Origin: Monocercomonoides exilis PA203
Lineage: Eukaryota; Protista; Preaxostyla
Length of the DNA stretch: 64,000 nucleotides
NCBI GenBank assembly: GCA_001643675.2
Contig: LSRY02000016.1
Location: 1,364,001 to 1,428,000, forward strand
Direction: 5' to 3'
Below are positions 61,250 to 64,000 of the stretch, in pieces (the stretch's first letter is position 1; the number at the start of each line of letters is the position of its first letter). The notes below the pieces were generated by a model, which was not told the DNA's origin, made no database searches, and saw only the letters and a program-made list of their open reading frames with translations. The translations under genes were made by a program, and so were the position numbers.

Positions 61250-62234
61250 AGCATCGATGTGTCGGAACTATTTCAGGAAAAATGAGCAAAATTAATCTTT
61301 CGCGAAAATTAAAACAATATGGGATATTTCGTAATAAAAATGTTTTTAAGAATTTCCGGTTTTTTATTATTTCATAATATGCATAAATGAATGCACTCAT
61401 TTTTTTAATGCTTGTATTATTTTTCAAAAACTTATCAATTGATAAGAACATTTTTTATGTTTGAATGTGGAAAATAATAATTCAAATGTTATTTTGCGCT
61501 GAATTTTTTCCTTTCAGAATTTTGTTTCAACCATTATTTTTAGATGTTTTTCGTTTTCCTATATTTTAATTATATTTTTTGCACAAAAATGATTGAATTA
61601 TTGTGAAATGAAAACAGAAAAAGAAAGAAACAAAACTATGTTTTTTTCAAAAATTCAAGAATAACACCTCATTTCAACGGAATGCGTTTTGAATTGTTAA
61701 TGCACAACGTTATTGTCTCCTTTAAATCATAATCAATATTTTTTTGAAATTTGTTACAACAAAAATAATTCAACTTCAAATAACTTTCAATCGAAATAAA
61801 AATACATATACAATTAAATAATTAATACATAATGAGAATACGATGATAAGAATAGAGTTATTCATTTATATTGGCAAATATTATTAAAAATGTTAGCATT
61901 ATTGTTTTCTCTAAATTTTGGATATTTCAAACCAAAACAAATTCAGAAACAAACTCAGAACATAGTTATATCAATAAATTTCATTCAAAAGATACTGACG
62001 TTTTCAAAATTCAAAAATAAAAAGAAAAAATATTTTTTTATTGTCATTCCCTAAAAATTATATCTGAAATGAAACACAACTTTTTCTTTTTTATTACAAA
62101 ATAGTGAACTTTCAATTGAGATGAGATAATAATTAATACGAATTCCTCTCATATTTTAAAAATTTGTAATAAAACAAAAGGAAGCACAAAAATATATCTG
62201 ATAAGAGATGAAAAATCTTCAAAGTCACAAACAT

Positions 62235-62411
62235 GGGACAGGATTTTTTCATTTATGAAAAATTCAATGATTTGTTCCAAATTTATTCTGCAATCGTATG
62301 ATCATCATTGAAACATTATCGTCCAAGAAAGTATGTAAAAATATGAAAAATCGAAAAAAATCTTTGAAAGAACTGTGAGGAACAAAATTCAAAAACGGAA
62401 AATTTTGTCCC
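62235..62411. repeat. Short degenerate MITE-like element with GGGACA termini
   Basis: GGGACAGGATTTT versus reverse-complemented right end GGGACAAAATTT; flanks ACAT/GTAT are not a perfect TSD. Confidence 0.5.
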
Positions 62412-62441
62412 GTATCATAGATATTTCAAAAATAAAAATAT

Positions 62442-62681
62442 GGGTGATTCTTTTTGAAAAGTCACAAATGTTTGATTTTTAAATACTTCAAAAATTTCAT
62501 ATCTTGCTCAGATTTCTGTTTCAGCTTACAAATCTCCTCAAGAATGTTTTCAATTGCATTTTCAAGTAATAGATTCCATTTAAGTGAAGTTTGATATTTC
62601 TTTACAAAATATATATCATAATTTGAAATTTTTGAAGTGTTAGAAAACTATTCATTTGTGACTTTTCAAAAAGAATCACCC
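62442..62681. mobile_element. MITE-like element, GGGYGATT family, best-preserved copy, TSD ATAT
   Basis: Perfect 29-bp TIR GGGTGATTCTTTTTGAAAAGTCACAAATG at both ends; inner ACTTCAAAAATTTCA is also mirrored; ATAT on both sides. Confidence 0.85.
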
Positions 62682-62869
62682 ATATATTTTGACTTTTATT
62701 GATTTTTGTCAACTTTTTGAAAACATGAAGTCTTTCGTATGTTCGATTTTCCTTGAAAGTTTTTCGATTTCAAATTAAATTATTTCGATTTCGTTTAAAA
62801 GATTTACGATTTTGAATAGTTCTTGGCGAAAATTTTGAAAAAATAAATGGAAAATTTTCAATTGGGATA

Positions 62870-63191
62870 GTGTGTCACAAATCCGTAAAAGTGCATTTAT
62901 TTCAACTTTGATAAAAATTTCGCTCATTCATTTGTTTTAAATTAATTTACGGAAGCGTTTGAAGTTAAAGGAATTGCTTTTTTAATATTACACTGTTAGC
63001 AAAAATCCTTATTCTTCAGATTTTTTCTCAGACACAAAACATAAAGAAAAAGGGTTTTAACGAACACTGTAATATTAAAAAAGCAATTCTTACAACTTCA
63101 AATGATTCCTTTATTTAATTTGAAACAAATGAACGTGCGAAAAGTTATGTTAAAGCTGAAATTTATGCATTGACCCGGATTAGTGACACAC
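62870..63191. repeat. Long fold-back element, 322 bp
   Basis: GTGTGTCAC...GTGACACAC termini; arms pair over ~145 bp, including a perfect GAATTGCTTTTTTAATATTACA block. Confidence 0.85.
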
Positions 63192-63448
63192 AAGAAAGGA
63201 AAAAAGAAAAATATGAGAAAAACAATAAATTAACAACATTCTGTCAAGATTCAATTTTTTGAAAATAATGACATACAATAAGAAATAAAAATAAAAAATT
63301 ATTGAAAAGCGAAAATTTTTTTCAAAAATTTGTTTTTAAGGACCATTATAATTTATTCAAGATTAAGTGAACAAGCTTGGTTTTAAAAATTTAACATTTT
63401 CTTTTTATTCATAAATTAAGTTTATCATTGCTTTAAATAATTAGTTAT

Positions 63449-64000
63449 ATGAAAATTACTATTAATATTATTGGAAAGGAGTCCATAAATATTGAGATCG
63501 ACGAAAATCAAACGATATTGGATCTTAAAAAAGAGATCGAAAAATTGGAAGCATGCACACCTGAGCAGCAAATTTTAATATCTTCAGCACAGATACTCAT
63601 GGATAAGCACACCATTGCTTCATACAATCTTGTTTGATATTAAAAATATTTATTGAATTCAAAAGAGTGATTATTCTTTCTCTAATTCCAGAATGAAAGC
63701 TCGAAAATTTCGTTAAGAATTGTTGAGGTATGAGTGTTGCATTTCAACTTGAAAAAAACATTTTTAAAAATTTCCTTTTGCAGAACAATGATAAACAAGA
63801 TGAAAAACATAAAACAGAGAGAGAATCTCAACCAATTGAGGAGGAAAATCAGGAGAATAAGCAAAAAGGAGATGTGCGAGCAGGGCGTGGATTTGGAGGT
63901 TATTGCAAAGGAACGGAAGAAGAAAAAGTGGAAGAGTCAATAAACGAAGAAGAGCTTGAAAAAGGATTAAATACTCTTGTTACAGAAATGAAATTTGATA
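63449..64000 (+). CDS. UBL-domain protein, probably a UBL-UBA (Rad23-like) shuttle, running off the window
   Basis: Ubiquitin-like N-terminus (TILDLKKEIEKLEACTPEQQILISSAQIL..HTIASYNL|NESSKISLRI) across two GT-AG introns; the final residues LNTLVTEMKFD resemble the start of a UBA domain. Confidence 0.65.

Noticed and set aside
63449-63637. Truncated ubiquitin pseudogene
   Set aside because: The stop lies within a GT-AG intron; splicing restores a full UBL domain and a continuing frame.
1-64000. Alternative genetic code (TAA/TAG read as Gln, as in some oxymonads)
   Set aside because: Long ORFs translate cleanly in the standard code, TAA ends several genes, and other in-frame stops fall inside GT-AG introns.

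Overview
Eukaryotic genomic DNA with AT-rich intergenic regions, short GT-AG introns, the standard genetic code and many poly-Ser tracts. The gene families present suggest an oxymonad like Monocercomonoides (inferred from remembered family motifs, not checked). Housekeeping genes: POC1 (partial), CCT6, an ankyrin-DHHC palmitoyltransferase, a WDR49-like EF-hand/WD40 protein, a Pho80/Pcl-type cyclin, an IQ-DH-PH RhoGEF, Cdc14 and a partial UBL-UBA protein. Accessory content: (1) a 17.8-kb inverted duplication carrying two head-to-head ~2600-aa beta-helix/TM/pseudokinase receptor genes, with near-identical 6.65-kb C-terminal arms but different N-terminal heads in a 4.4-kb spacer, and a ~300-bp diverged patch within the arms; (2) a complete but decayed Merlin/ISXO2-type transposon with 23-bp TIRs and an 8-bp TSD; (3) two dense clusters of 180-400-bp fold-back elements, five of which have G-rich termini and 4-bp AWWT target duplications; (4) two members of a lineage-specific helical family and a small secreted Gly/Asn/Ala/Met-rich protein. 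All alignments were made by eye and exon boundaries are approximate.
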